From contig OZ316895.1 in assembly GCA_973895155.1 (NCBI GenBank), positions 22,704,558-22,768,557 of the forward strand: DNA of 64,000 nucleotides, read 5' to 3'. Positions 1 through 12,399 of this stretch are shown in pieces. The position numbers and the translations under genes were made by a program. The first letter of the stretch is position 1. Every line of letters starts with the position of its first letter. The stretch is from Marsupella aquatica (taxonomy: Eukaryota > Plantae > Marchantiophyta). The notes beneath the pieces were generated by a model. The model was not told where the DNA came from and made no database searches. It saw only the letters and a program-made list of their open reading frames with translations.

Positions 1-2
1 AT

Positions 3-845
3 TACGAGTATGCAAGGATGCGGGAGATCTGTGACAAGCAGAAGGCAATCCTCCTCGCGGATATGGCGCATATTAGTGGGCTTGTTGCCGCAGGTGTGGT
101 CCCGTCTCCCTTTGAGTTTGCAGATATTGTGACAACCACCACACACAAGTCGCTGAGGGGGCCAAGAGGAGCTATGATCTTTTACCGGAAGGGATTGAAG
201 GAAGTGAACAAGAAGGGAGAAGAGGTTTTCTATGACTTTGAGGATAAGATTAATGCGGCGGTTTTCCCCGGTCTTCAAGGGGGCCCTCACAACCATACCA
301 TTACTGGCCTTGCAGTCGCTCTGAAGCAGGCGGCAACTCCGGAATTCAAGACCTATCAGGAACAGGTTCTGAGCAACTGTTCTCGGTTTGCTCAATCCCT
401 AGGGGAGAAAGGTTATGATCTAGTTTCCGGTGGCACAAGTAATCATCTTGTGTTGGTCAATCTAAAGAACAAGGGCATTGATGGATCCAGAGTCGAGAGG
501 GTTATGGAGCTGGCCCATATTGCTGCTAACAAAAACACCGTGCCAGGGGACGTATCTGCACTGGTTCCCGGAGGAATTCGTATGGGAACACCAGCGCTAA
601 CCTCAAGAGGGTTTACTGAAGAGGATTTTGAGAAGGTCGCTGAATACTTCGACCAGGCTGTGCAGCTAGCTGTGAAAGCGAAGGCTTCTACCAAAGGTAA
701 GAAGCTTGTTGACTTCAAAGCGACACTGGAGAGCAATGCTGAACTAAAACAGGAGATTGCAGGTCTGCGACATGAGGTGGAGGACTTTGCCAAATCTTTC
801 CCCACTATTGGGTTTGAGACGGCTTCTATGAAGTATAAAGATTAG
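3..845 (+). CDS. SHMT: Serine hydroxymethyltransferase, mitochondrial (SHM1/2-type), C-terminal ~280 aa; 5' part lies outside the window
   Basis: PLP-lysine motif [13 protein letters not shown], plus [25 protein letters not shown] and [22 protein letters not shown]. The C-terminus FPTIGFE..MKYK is typical of plant mitochondrial SHMT. The frame is open from base 3 to TAG at 843-845. Confidence 0.96.
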   Translation, partial: YEYARMREICDKQKAILLADMAHISGLVAAGVVPSPFEFADIVTTTTHKSLRGPRGAMIFYRKGLKEVNKKGEEVFYDFEDKINAAVFPGLQGGPHNHTITGLAVALKQAATPEFKTYQEQVLSNCSRFAQSLGEKGYDLVSGGTSNHLVLVNLKNKGIDGSRVERVMELAHIAANKNTVPGDVSALVPGGIRMGTPALTSRGFTEEDFEKVAEYFDQAVQLAVKAKASTKGKKLVDFKATLESNAELKQEIAGLRHEVEDFAKSFPTIGFETASMKYKD

Positions 846-3458
846 ATGCTCTGTAGTCCCAGAGTTCACTCTCACTGGATAGCAAATTTCTAGTAATTTA
901 AGTTTGCGCTCTATGTACAGAATGTAGGCTTTCTCTCTCTAAAATGTATCAACATTCTGTTATATACCCTCCACTGTAACTGGCCTTCTCAGTCAGGTGG
1001 GACTAGGTTGCATATGAGCACGTGAATGCCTGATTTTTCGTTTGAAAAACATTATGTCAACGTATCATCAGAGTTTACCAAGAACGGTGGAGATTTCATT
1101 CAACAACGATGTTTCTCAGTGATGATAACGACGATAAAGAACTGTTGTTTTGGATGTTTGGTAAACTCAAAACTTTTTTGCTAGCTGAGACAAGATCAAA
1201 GGATATTGCGCAACTTCGAGGAATCTAGTTGTCCTCTCTTCTGGTGCATGAGCTGACCGCTCTCTTTTACAACTTGGCTTCAAAAATAGGTTTCAAAAAC
1301 CGACTCTTGCTTGACTGTATGTAAGTGGGATCTTTGTTGGCCTCGCTCGCTCTGCTTTGTGTCAAAGGTAAGTTCATATATGGGGAATTGATGAGAGAAT
1401 GAAGATTTTTGTTGCTGACAGCTCCCGATGGTCCCCGTCAAACTTCGAAACTAGGGATTCATCATCGATGAGCTAGAAACTTTCGTGGTTAACAAATTGA
1501 GATCTATACATTGAAAAAAATTACTGAAGCAACAATGGCAGATGCAAAGACTCGGTGGCTTACATTGCTGTGAGCTGTTTAGTGGAAACCTGATTCCTAG
1601 GTGGATAGAGCCATCGTCAGGTGCTATCCGGTTGTCATAAATGACAAAGATCTTCTTGGAGATAAGGTGTTGAGTGAGGGCTTTGCAATAAAGTTCCCCA
1701 GGGACCTCATCGAACATCTTTGACCACTTACGGATATCCCTTTTGCACAATCTTGACAACAACTCGGATATCTCCTTTCCCCTACTTCCAATGCCCGTGT
1801 CAGCAACTTGCAAAGCTGATAAGTTATAAGAGGTCAAGAAATGGAGACCTTTCGATTTCTACCTGGGGTTGTTGGAGGTAAATATTCTTTTCTTATCTTT
1901 TGGGAACCAGTGTCTAAAAAGTGTCTTGTACAGTCCACTGTTCACGCGCATGAGTCTTCTTTATTATATTTGGGTGACTCAACAAAATATGGACGTTGCA
2001 AGACAGGCTTACCAAGGTTAGTTTTGGAGTGACACTATTTACCTGAGCATTAAATAATAATTGGCTAATATTATTTGAGCAAGAACAATTCACTGAGATT
2101 TTTGGTGGGTTATAAAATTTTAGGGTTGAAGTTTATGAATTCACACATTCAAAACTGAGAAGTCAAATGACCATCTATCTTTACTACACATCCAAGAGAA
2201 CGTTGCAATGACTGAACAAGTCAATTTGGGAGCCAAAATTCACAAATTCTTAGGCAAATGGCTGGGGTCGGGCATGGGGACCTTTTGTGACTGTCATGAC
2301 AAATATTTAGAACCATACAATAATTACTATTCATGGTGAGAAAATATGCACAATTACAATTGTTTTTGTCACAGTAGGGTTTGGTCACCCAAACTAGACT
2401 AACTATTTTTAATTGTGTGTAAAACTAAATGGGATATAAGACTAATAGCATTGAACACTGTAGGCCTTTGATGTTTTACAGTCACTAGTCCTGTTGTGCC
2501 AGCAGGGAAGAGGGTGGGCATCCCCAGTTCTCTCTAGCACGGTGAAACCACCTCCTCTGGTCTTGGCATACAAGGAGTTCTTGAAATCATTCTACTCAGA
2601 AAAATAAGCCTAAAGTCTAAAGTCTTGGCTAGTTACCAAGACGGTATTCATAAAATTGCATGGCATAATTATAACGAACTTTACTGAACAAATACCTTGC
2701 CAGGAATGCCAGTACCGATAACCTCAAGTTCAAAGCTGATGGAACGGGACGATCACTATCCCATTCATGTATATTAGTTCTTTGGCTTTTTCCGATCGGG
2801 CTCCTATTATAGATGTAAAGTTATTGAATACCTTCCAGATCCTACAATAACTCTATGCAATCCTCCTACCATAAAAATTCAGAAACCTTCGCTGAATCTC
2901 CTTGTGTGATCAACCGTACAACAGCAAAGGGCAAGATGCATCTCCGTTCGACAGCGAGGGTAAAATAATTTCGATTCAATAGGGTGATTGCTTTCACAAA
3001 CTCCAATGTCAGATGGAGTACCTAGTAAATAATTCCTCACAGCACAGGCAATGCAAGAACAAATTTCGAACACCGTATATATCAATATGTATAGGGATAC
3101 CGTAGTTCTCTGAGACAACATCGCTTCAACCCTCTCGGACTCTTTATAAAATCTTTCGAGTCCAAGGGACTTACATCTACGCATTTGCTACAACGTTAAC
3201 GCCCTTTTCTCTTCTCATAAACCACGGGCAGGAGGATCCGTGCAACCTTCCTTCCGGAAGCTGCTTAGAAGCTCTACGTTGAGAAACAATTGGTTATCGA
3301 ACTCGATACAAGTGGGATGAAGTTACTATCCTAGTGCTCAATGCTCATGATGATCAACTTCAGCGCACAATCTTCATTATCCTAGGCGATACACCAGAGA
3401 CAACTGGAATTGTTTTTGGGAGTAGAATACCGATGATATGTACATTCTGATCCTAATT

Positions 3459-6079
3459 TCAAATTTGGGATTGGCTGTAGAACGATTCAGCAGTATTATC
3501 CCTCGGAACAATCTGCAATAATTGAAAAAAACAGAAAGCGTTAATTCTAACGGTTCTCGTCAATAAAACTTAATGGAATAGGTCCCCAGGAGTCGCAATT
3601 CTAGTTCGTGACATAAAACAGCACGATACCTGTCTAACAAGGGCATAGCAAACTCACCTTAGCCATGGATTCTTCTAGTCTCCTCTGGAAGGACGGATCC
3701 AGAGCCCTTTCTGCTAAGTCATACACAAATCCTTCTCCGTCATGACCGGTCAACTTTTCCTTCTGTATATACCTGGAAGCATGATAATTCCAAGTATTTT
3801 AGCTTTCTCATCATCCTTTAATTTTACAAAAAAATGCCAGGGTAGCTATTTTAAGCAGAGTTGTGGCAAACAGTACACGCTAAGTCAAACGACTGTTCAC
3901 AGCCGAGGGCAGGAGCCTTTAAATAAAAATGGGGCAATCTAAACCATCTAATGACCACAAGGAATCTCGCTTACATCAGGAACAAAACTCTGAAGAAAGC
4001 CCTGAGACATGTGAGGGAGAAAAAATGTACCTTTGCTTTGATAGCGTATCTATAGCATTTTGTATGTTGCCAAAGACAGGATGATCCATACCTGCTTCTC
4101 TTATCCCCATCCTACGTAAGTTCTGCATCAGTGTCTCTGCATAGACGCAATTGTTGGAAAAAGTAAATAGAGAAATCCCTAATCAATCACTGTAGTCAAT
4201 GGCTTCCTGTATCTGATAGAGTCCAACTAAATAGGAACTAGACAACAGAAGCCAGTACACGCCAGGTATCATCAGTTGTACCCAGTCAGAGGACTACACA
4301 GTCGATAAACAGGTAATGACTCAACCAAGGATATTCATGCCCGCATATGACTCTATAAGCACTTGGCATGTATCAATTTAAAGTGCTCTTTACTTGTGCC
4401 GCATGCTGGTTTGAATTCAATTCATAGCTAGAAGGAATCAGCGCGAACCTTCGGGGACTTTTTCTCCACCAGAATACTTGATAATTCCAACGACCAACAC
4501 CGCTAAACTATTCATCGCCGCCGTTCCAGGGGTTTCGATGTACTTCCTTAAATTTGCTACTGGAACATTGCTTTCGAGGACGTACTCTTTCACGTCGACT
4601 GTACAAACACAGAGAGAGGCAAGCCCATAAGTATAGAGCAGAACATATTAAAGAATGACGGCTCGGGCATAAGGACTCCGACTACCGAAAGTCAATGCCC
4701 AGCAAAACCATTTCAAAGAGTTTGGAAACTAACACAACTAATTGTGCAATTTTATTCTCTAGCATTCGATACCTTACTGCTTCTGAAAACGACGACATGA
4801 CGGAAGCATTCCCCAAAGATGGATTCAACTAATTGACGAGAAGAATATGCTATTGACACTCGACTTTGACATCTGTACAACCCGGTGTATTTTAAAACCG
4901 CTTTTTTGTTACGATCACAACGAGAAGGTAAATGCCTATTTGGCACAAGCCCCACATAAAGTATTTGAAATACCTTGTGAAGCAGCAATTGTGGATTTTG
5001 AGGCCTTCGATGATTTCATCCTCAAGTACTCTTTCATATTAAGACCAAAGATTGTAAGCATTTTCCTTTGAGCCTGCATAATAATATCAGTGGGAAGATT
5101 ATGCTGTTTGTATGTAGTGGTGATCAGACGAGCGAGCTCATCTCTCTTGACAGGAACATTGGGCTGTTGAAAATTTTTGAACAACATATGTCGCATCACC
5201 TCTGCAACCAGCTTCTTCGTTTCCTGCAACAATAGTCACAAATAGCCAGTTAGGGGAGATTCTCTCAAATCCAAATCTACGCAGGCCAAATTGCTCTCTC
5301 CACCTTTACTTAAACGCATCTCACTGTAGTCGCAGAGCAAAACCTGCTTGGATTTCTTGCTCTACTTCTATATCTTCACCTTCGTGCTGAAATTTCGGAC
5401 ATAGAATTCATCCCCGTGCTTTAATTTGAGAGCGTCAATTTATTGGACAGTAGAGTACACAGATCTGGAGCGAAGTATCCCCGAACATTGTAAGAAGTGT
5501 AGAAAGTGTAGAGAGCACTACACGCCCATTCACTACTGGGTTACGAGAATGCATTTACTGGAAAGGATTCACCTTCCCACTATCGACGTTGTGATCGCAC
5601 TCCTTTAGACCTACCGCGTGGCTGTACAGTTTATGCTTTCTATCCGAATAAGGCGAATGTTCTCCTCTAGTCTGATTAGTTTTGTCTCACGTGAGTCTTT
5701 CGACCATCTTTTCCCACCGGCCAGCTTGTTCACCGCTTCCACTTGATCAGTGAAGTGAAATAGCCCCAGAACGACCGAGGTTGATTGTAAACGGAGTTAC
5801 CAAACAATTGTAGAGAGAGGTGAAGAAACTAACCTCTCCTGAAAGATCCGAGTGAGAGGCTGGATTATCATCCCTTGTTTGAGACGACGGCTGGAACGAT
5901 GGTCGCTGGGATTGTGACGGTTGGGTGGGCTGCGACGAGGGTGCTGTCGTCGGGTGGCGAGGGGGCAAAGCTCCCGCCCTTCGCTGAGATGGTTGACTTA
6001 AGGTTAGCTCCAGCCGGCGAAAGGACCCCTGCGATGTCGATACCACGCGTCTCGCACCACCACCTTCTCTTTTCACCAT
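3459..6079 (-). CDS. NSE3: NSE3/MAGE-domain subunit of the SMC5/6 complex; 6 exons (6079-5834, 5223-4974, 4598-4449, 4136-4031, 3772-3658, 3512-3459), ~306 aa
   Basis: The manually spliced GT-AG exons keep frame (921 nt). SQ-rich N-terminus, then LVAEVMRHMLFK..PVKRDEL..IFGLNMKE, EYVLES, HPVFGNIQNAIDTLSKQRYIQKEK and YDLAERALD, matching the plant MAGE/NSE3 winged-helix pattern. Confidence 0.88.
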
Positions 6080-8557
6080 TGTTAGAAGAACTACTCTTTG
6101 TAATTCACTGACTCGTCGGACTGCAAATGTCAAACCTATCTCAGACCCCTTTAGAAATTTCACTTATTCTTAGGACGACAATTTCCTAGTCCTTCTCAAA
6201 CCCTTGGACCGGAAGTCGCCCACGGTTCTAGTCCGTTGTTGAGCTCCTTCAAATTAATCCTCGTCGCAAGAAGGCTCCTCGTGGACCATCGGTACTCCAT
6301 TCCTCAAAGCAGAAATTGGTCCCTTCTACAAAACCGGCTTCACCCGACGCGTAAAAGCAGGACGGTGGAAAATTCTGCTCTTACTGAGTTAGCAACGCTA
6401 CCGGATCAATGCGAACTGACCTAAAGACCAGCCGACAGCCTCAGGGCGCGCCGTCCTCCAATACCTCCACGAGAGAGTTATAAAGTTCTAACGTTCCACA
6501 CAATCTACCATCGAATGACTGACGTGCACTTCTAAGTCCGATCTACGGAAGAATTCTGTTCCAATCTTCGCGAGCGGAAGCGGTAGGTAAGGGCTTTGAA
6601 AATACGACTGATGGATCTCGAACACCTTTCTGCCTTCCTTCGACCGACTCTTAGCTGCTACCGCAACACCACAATTGAGAGGAGTACCCAGTCCTTCGCC
6701 TACGGACTGACCTCGTGAGCGACTCCCGACCTCCCGACGTCTCACGCTAGGTCAAATCAAATCAAAGAAATAGAGCGGAGCACGGTGCCCGAAATTCATT
6801 CTCGTCAATGTCACTTGGCTGAATTCAACATCGCAGTCCGAAACGGCAGCAAATGGGCAGCAAATGACTGATACGGGAGAGCTTCTCATCAAGCTGGGCG
6901 AATTGTCGACACTAGTCTGTTCGAGAGTTGTCGAAGCTCGATCAAACCTCAACAAGTGCAACAATCCTCCAGCGATTGTTGAAGAGAGTGGTCGAAGCTC
7001 GATCAACTTCGACAATTGCGATGCATCTGCGATTGTTGAAGAGGCAGAGTAGAGGTGAGGCCGGTCTGTCGGAGGGAGGAGAGTGGGCGCGGGCGTCGGT
7101 TTTGAATGTTCGTCAATTTTGCGCCGTAATTGTTTCCCGGGCATTTCCATTATGAAATCCCGCATCAAAAGCGCTGCGTACCGTGTATGAAGGAAAATCT
7201 CCAGTATACGATTCAGAGTACCGATTTACCGATCATGGAATACGGATACGTATACGGTAAAGGGGGAGAGGGAGGCAAGGGAGACAGGCGCTTACCTTAT
7301 GTATAAGGTTAAGGACCAGGGTTATCCCTTAATGGGATATAAAGGAGACCGTATATATGGCCCATAGCTTATGCGGGGAGACCTTATATATGGGAGACTG
7401 TTTATCCCATTAAGGGATTAGCCCAGGTTTTTATCTGTTTGTTAAGGTAAGAAACATTGACATATCAAAGTTTTTTGAGTATTTTCATTTTTTATTACAA
7501 GACTCAATTTACCTGGATTTTGAATTTGCAATTGCTATCCCAAACATTCCGCATAAGCATCTACCTCAGGACAAAAAGCAGTCAGATCACAGACCGTATA
7601 AATATACAATTATTTTTAATGAGATATAATCAAAGTCTTTTGTGTTAACGTGACAGCAGCCTAAAGCCCCAAAAAGCAAAATATCACCCTGATGACTTAA
7701 CGAATAGGATAATGTCCTGGTTAGAGGGCATTATGAGATATAATGCTCTGAAAAACTAGGGCCATAGCTCAAGTTTTGAGGGCATTATTCTCATAATGCC
7801 AGTAACTAGCACATTAATGTGGACAAAAGTTTGAGTTATTTTTGGATAACAAACAAAAAAAGTGAATCTCTGAATAGAAAATTCAAGCAAAAAGACCTGC
7901 AATTAGCCAAAGGCATGAAAGAAGTTAAAAACAAATCTTGTGAGTTTGATACAAGTTTTTATGTTATTTTATTTGGTAACACTATATTTGGATTTTACCT
8001 TTCCTATTTTTGTGATACTTCACATAATACCCTCCTCAAAAGAAAGGAGTATGTATGGGAAATTAATGTACTCAAACATACAAAGAGAAAAATCAGAAAA
8101 GTCTTTACTTGTATTTGGAATCCCTCTGGAATCCCCACATGTAAGGGTATGGAGAATTCATTTGGACAGTTTTTAAAAAACTCATTTATTAGGGAGTCTC
8201 AAGGCGCTTAAAAAAAGTGGCCTTAGCCATTTTTTTAGGGTTACTAGCCAAATGAGTTGCACAGAAAATGTAAAGGAGAGGCAAAGATCTCAAGGCAAGA
8301 CAATGATGTTGAGTAGAAGAAAAAGATGTTAAGGCTAGGCAAAGATGTAAAGGAGAGACAAGGAAATGTATGTGGAGCAAAAGAGTTGTTTAAGATATGT
8401 TATGTATCATTGTGGCCATTTGTCATCATGGTCATGCAATTGTTGTGACCCTGGTTTCGAGCTAAGGCAGAGAAATGCAGGTGAGGCAATTGAGGTATCT
8501 TATGTGTAATTGCGAGCATGGTGTTGTTATGACCATACAATCAATGCATTCATGGAA

Positions 8558-8901
8558 TGTTGAGCATAGACGACATTCGCAACGGCAAGCCCATGAACCA
8601 TCCAACGCACAATAGTCGACACAAAGAGATACGTGGTTCACCTCCACATGAGGCTACGTCCACGGGAACACACAAGAGCTTTACTGCACTCTAGGCCGAC
8701 CGGCCATACCAAGCATCCATAGCACAAGCTCTCCCTATCTCTCAACTAGCTCCGTAACAATGAGCCTAAGTTCCACCAGGGTCTGGCATTAGCCCTGGCT
8801 ATATGCACAACAGCACTACCGCTAACCTTAGCTAGGTCCTAACCTGAGTTAGCCTAACTGTGGTTAGCACAAGAGTCACAAGACTAGAGCAATATCTAAC
8901 A
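8558..8901 (-). repeat. 3' LTR of the copia element
   Basis: TGTTGAGCATAG...TCTAACA. Direct repeat of 16918-17257 with about 8 transitions by manual count. The PPT (AAGGGGGAGTT on -) lies at 8902-8912. Confidence 0.95.
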
Positions 8902-9114
8902 AACTCCCCCTTGACTCTTGTCTTGGGGACTGGATTAAATGCTACCATATGGAATCCTCAGCGGGAAGTTCTAGACAATCACCAAACCAGGTCTCCCCCT
9001 AAAAACCACAAGGGTTAACTAAGGGTTAACTAGAACTAAGTCGTAGCCTAACAGGAATGAGTAATCCATATACAAATAGTCACACATTGCTAAATAACTC
9101 TACTTGCACTACAA

Positions 9115-12100
9115 CTACAAAACCTGCAAAGTAGCACGGTGTCTTGAGAAACTCTCCAAAGGAATCACTTTGGTAAAGGCATCAGCGGGATTGAGCTTTC
9201 CATCAATCTTGACTAGCTCAAAAGTTTTATAAGACACTACTTGCCTGATAAAATGGTACCTGATATCAATGTGCTTCACCTTGCTATCCATCACCTGGTT
9301 AGCAGCCAAGTGAAGAGCACTCTGACTATCACAGTTTAGAGTCATTTTTCCATGCTCTAAACCCATCTCCGCGATCAACTTATCCAACCAAATTGCTTCC
9401 TTTGCAGCTTCTGCTACTGCAACATACTCTGCTTCTGTAGTAGACTGAGATATGCACTTCTGCAAGGTAGATTTCCAACTGATACATCCTCCTTCAAGAG
9501 TGTATACAAACCCAGTTGTAGATCTCCTTGTATCCAAACAGCCTCCATAGTCAGAATCTACATAGCCAACTAACGTTCTATTTGATCTGTTATCAAATAG
9601 TAATCCATAGTCCTGTGTTCCCTTCACATACCTGAGAATCCATTTCACAACTTCCCAATGTACCTTCCCTGGATTTGACATGAATCTGCTAACCTTGCCC
9701 ATCGCTAGGGCCAAGTCAGGCCTAGTACAAGTCATCAAATACATCAGACTGCCTACTGCCTTCTCATAAGGAATCTTAGTCATCAAACCTTTCTCCACAG
9801 CATCCGTAGGAGAGAAAGCCGATGATAACTTGAAATGTGAAGCTAAAGGAATACTCACTGGCTTACAGTTCTCCATGTTGAATCGTGCAAGTACTTTCCT
9901 CGCATACTGGCCTTGACTCAAGCACAACTGTCCAGTCTCAGAGTTCCTAAAAATCTCCATCCCTAAGATCCTCTTGGCCTTACCAAGATCCTTCATCCTG
10001 AATTCAGCGCTCAATTTTGCCTTGAGACTGTCAACCTTAGATTGATCTTTAGCCACAATTAGTATGTCATCCACATAGATCACCAGAATGATAAAACCAA
10101 ATACATCATTCTTGACTGATTTCGTATACACACAAGGATCATACACCATCCTTGTAAAACCTTGAGCAAACATGAAATCATCAAACCACTTGTTCCACTG
10201 TCTGGGAGACTGCTTCAATCCATACAAGGATTTGAGCAATCTGCAAACTAAGTTCTTTTGGCCCTTCTTCATAAAGCCTAGTGGCTGTCTCATGAAGATC
10301 ATCTCTTCCAAGTTGCCATAGAGAAAAGTAGTAACAACATCCATCTGATCCATCACCAGATTAAAAAACACAACAAGCTGACATAAGATCCGAATTGTGG
10401 AATACTTAGCCACCGGTGAAAAGATCTCATTGTAATCCACTCCTTTCTCCTGAGTGAACCCCTTGGTAACAAGCCTTGCCTTGTAGATCTTATCTCCACC
10501 CTCTGAAGGACTGTTCTTCAACTTGTAAATCCACTTGCTGTCCACCACTTGTTGACCTCTTGGAAGCTCCACCAGCTCCCATGTCTTGTTGTCACTCAAA
10601 GATTGCAACTCCCTCTGCATTGCTGTATTCCACTCATGCTTCTGCTCTGAAGCACAAGCCTCACTATACGAAGAAGGCTCTCCTTCTTCCAAGATCAAAG
10701 CCATATCATCTTCATCAGGTGCAATGTCAATATCATCTAGCTTAGATGAGTCTGCCCATTGACCATACCTAGTAGGAGCTCTAGTAGAACGACTGGAAGT
10801 TCTTCTAGTAGATGACTCAGGCTGATCTATTGCTGCTGCTGGTTGAATTTGAGGTACCCCAACAACAATTTTCTCCTCTTGTTCCATCACAGGAACCAGC
10901 TCCAAGCCCGGAGCTTCTCCATCTCTCCTGTCATGAACTGCATCATGATTAATCTCCCCCTCAACCCGGTCCGGGATGAGAGATTTCCCCTTGTCAGTAT
11001 GGGAGTCCTGAGAACTCTTCCCCTCCTTTGATGATCTGGATTCATTAAAGGACACATCTCTACTGACAATTAGCTTACAGGTTACTCGATCCCATAACCT
11101 ATAACCCTTCACACCTTTCTGATAACCAAGGAAAATGCACTTCTTCGACTTGGACTCCAGCTTGGATCGAAGCTGGGAAGGTGTAAGCACATAAGTATCA
11201 CATCCAAAAATCCTCAGATGTGAGTAATCTGCTGGACGCCCGTACCTCATTTCAAATGGCATCTTGAATCCATTAGAACTGGATGGAGAAAAATTGACCA
11301 AATAAGCTGTAGTGTTGACAACTTCAGCCCAAAACTCATGTGGTAAGCATGATTGACTCAACATACTCCTCGAGCGGTCCAATAGTGTTCGGTTGAGTCT
11401 CTCAGAAATACCATTCTACTGAGGAGTATAGCTTGTTGTGAGATGGCGGGTAATCCCCTGCTCCTTACAATACATTCCAAATTCACCGGAACTGTATTCA
11501 CCGCCGTTATCCGATCGAAGATATCTCACCTTATTACCAGTCTGATTTTCAACTTGGGCTTTCCACTCCTTAAAAGTGGCAAAAACATCAGACTTATTGT
11601 GTAGAAAGTATATCCACACATACCTTGAGTAATCGTCAATGAACGTGACATAGTATAACCGTCCAGAATGTGAGGGAGTAGGGGCGGGACCCCACACATC
11701 ACTATGTACATACTCAAGTACCTCCTTGCTGGTGTGAGTTCCAACTCCGAAGGGTTTCCTATGCTGCTTCCCTAGCACACAGTGCTCACAAAATTCCAAC
11801 TTACAAGATTGCAAATTAGAAAGTAATTCTTTCTTCTGAAGAATAACCAAACCTTTTTCACTCATGTGGCCCAAACGGAAGTGCCACAACCGGGCCGTCT
11901 CCTCATGAGATAAGGTTACATTGGCTTCATCATAGACTACACTGCCCTCCATAACGTATAGATTGCAATGTCTCTTTCCCTTCAATACAACTTTAGTACC
12001 AGTTGAAACCTGAAGGACACCATTAGCAGAACTCCACTGATGGCCTTTTGCCTCTAAAACTCTAAGTGAAATGAGATTTTTCATCATGCTGGGAATATGT

Positions 12101-12303
12101 CTCACATTCCTCAATGTTCTCACAGCACCATCAAACATCTGAAATCTTACAGATCCAAGTCCAACAACTTGACATGGGATTCCATTTCCCATCAACACTG
12201 ACCCGTTGGAAACCGTGTAAGAACTGAAACAATCTCTCCTAGAGCAAATGTGAAAAGTACATGCACTATCTAGAATCCAGTTATCACTACCTGGATTTGA
12301 CAC
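9115..12303 (-). pseudogene. Copia pol (protease, GAG-pre-integrase, integrase, RT, RNase H), split by a TAG at TPQ*NG (11416-11418)
   Basis: Protease WILDSACTFH; HHCC zinc motif WHFRLGHMS..CEHC; integrase HSDVWGP and LRSDNGGEY; GY motif SKKCIFLGY; RT YKARLV and YVDDIL; RNase H KHIDIRYHFIR and NPADAFTK. Confidence 0.95.
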
Positions 12304-12399
12304 TACGTTGAGAGCATAACCTTGACATCACAATATGTCATCATCATCGAGTAAATCTACCTCATGCGAGCTCAATGCTGCGTTAGTAGAGGCAGTAGG

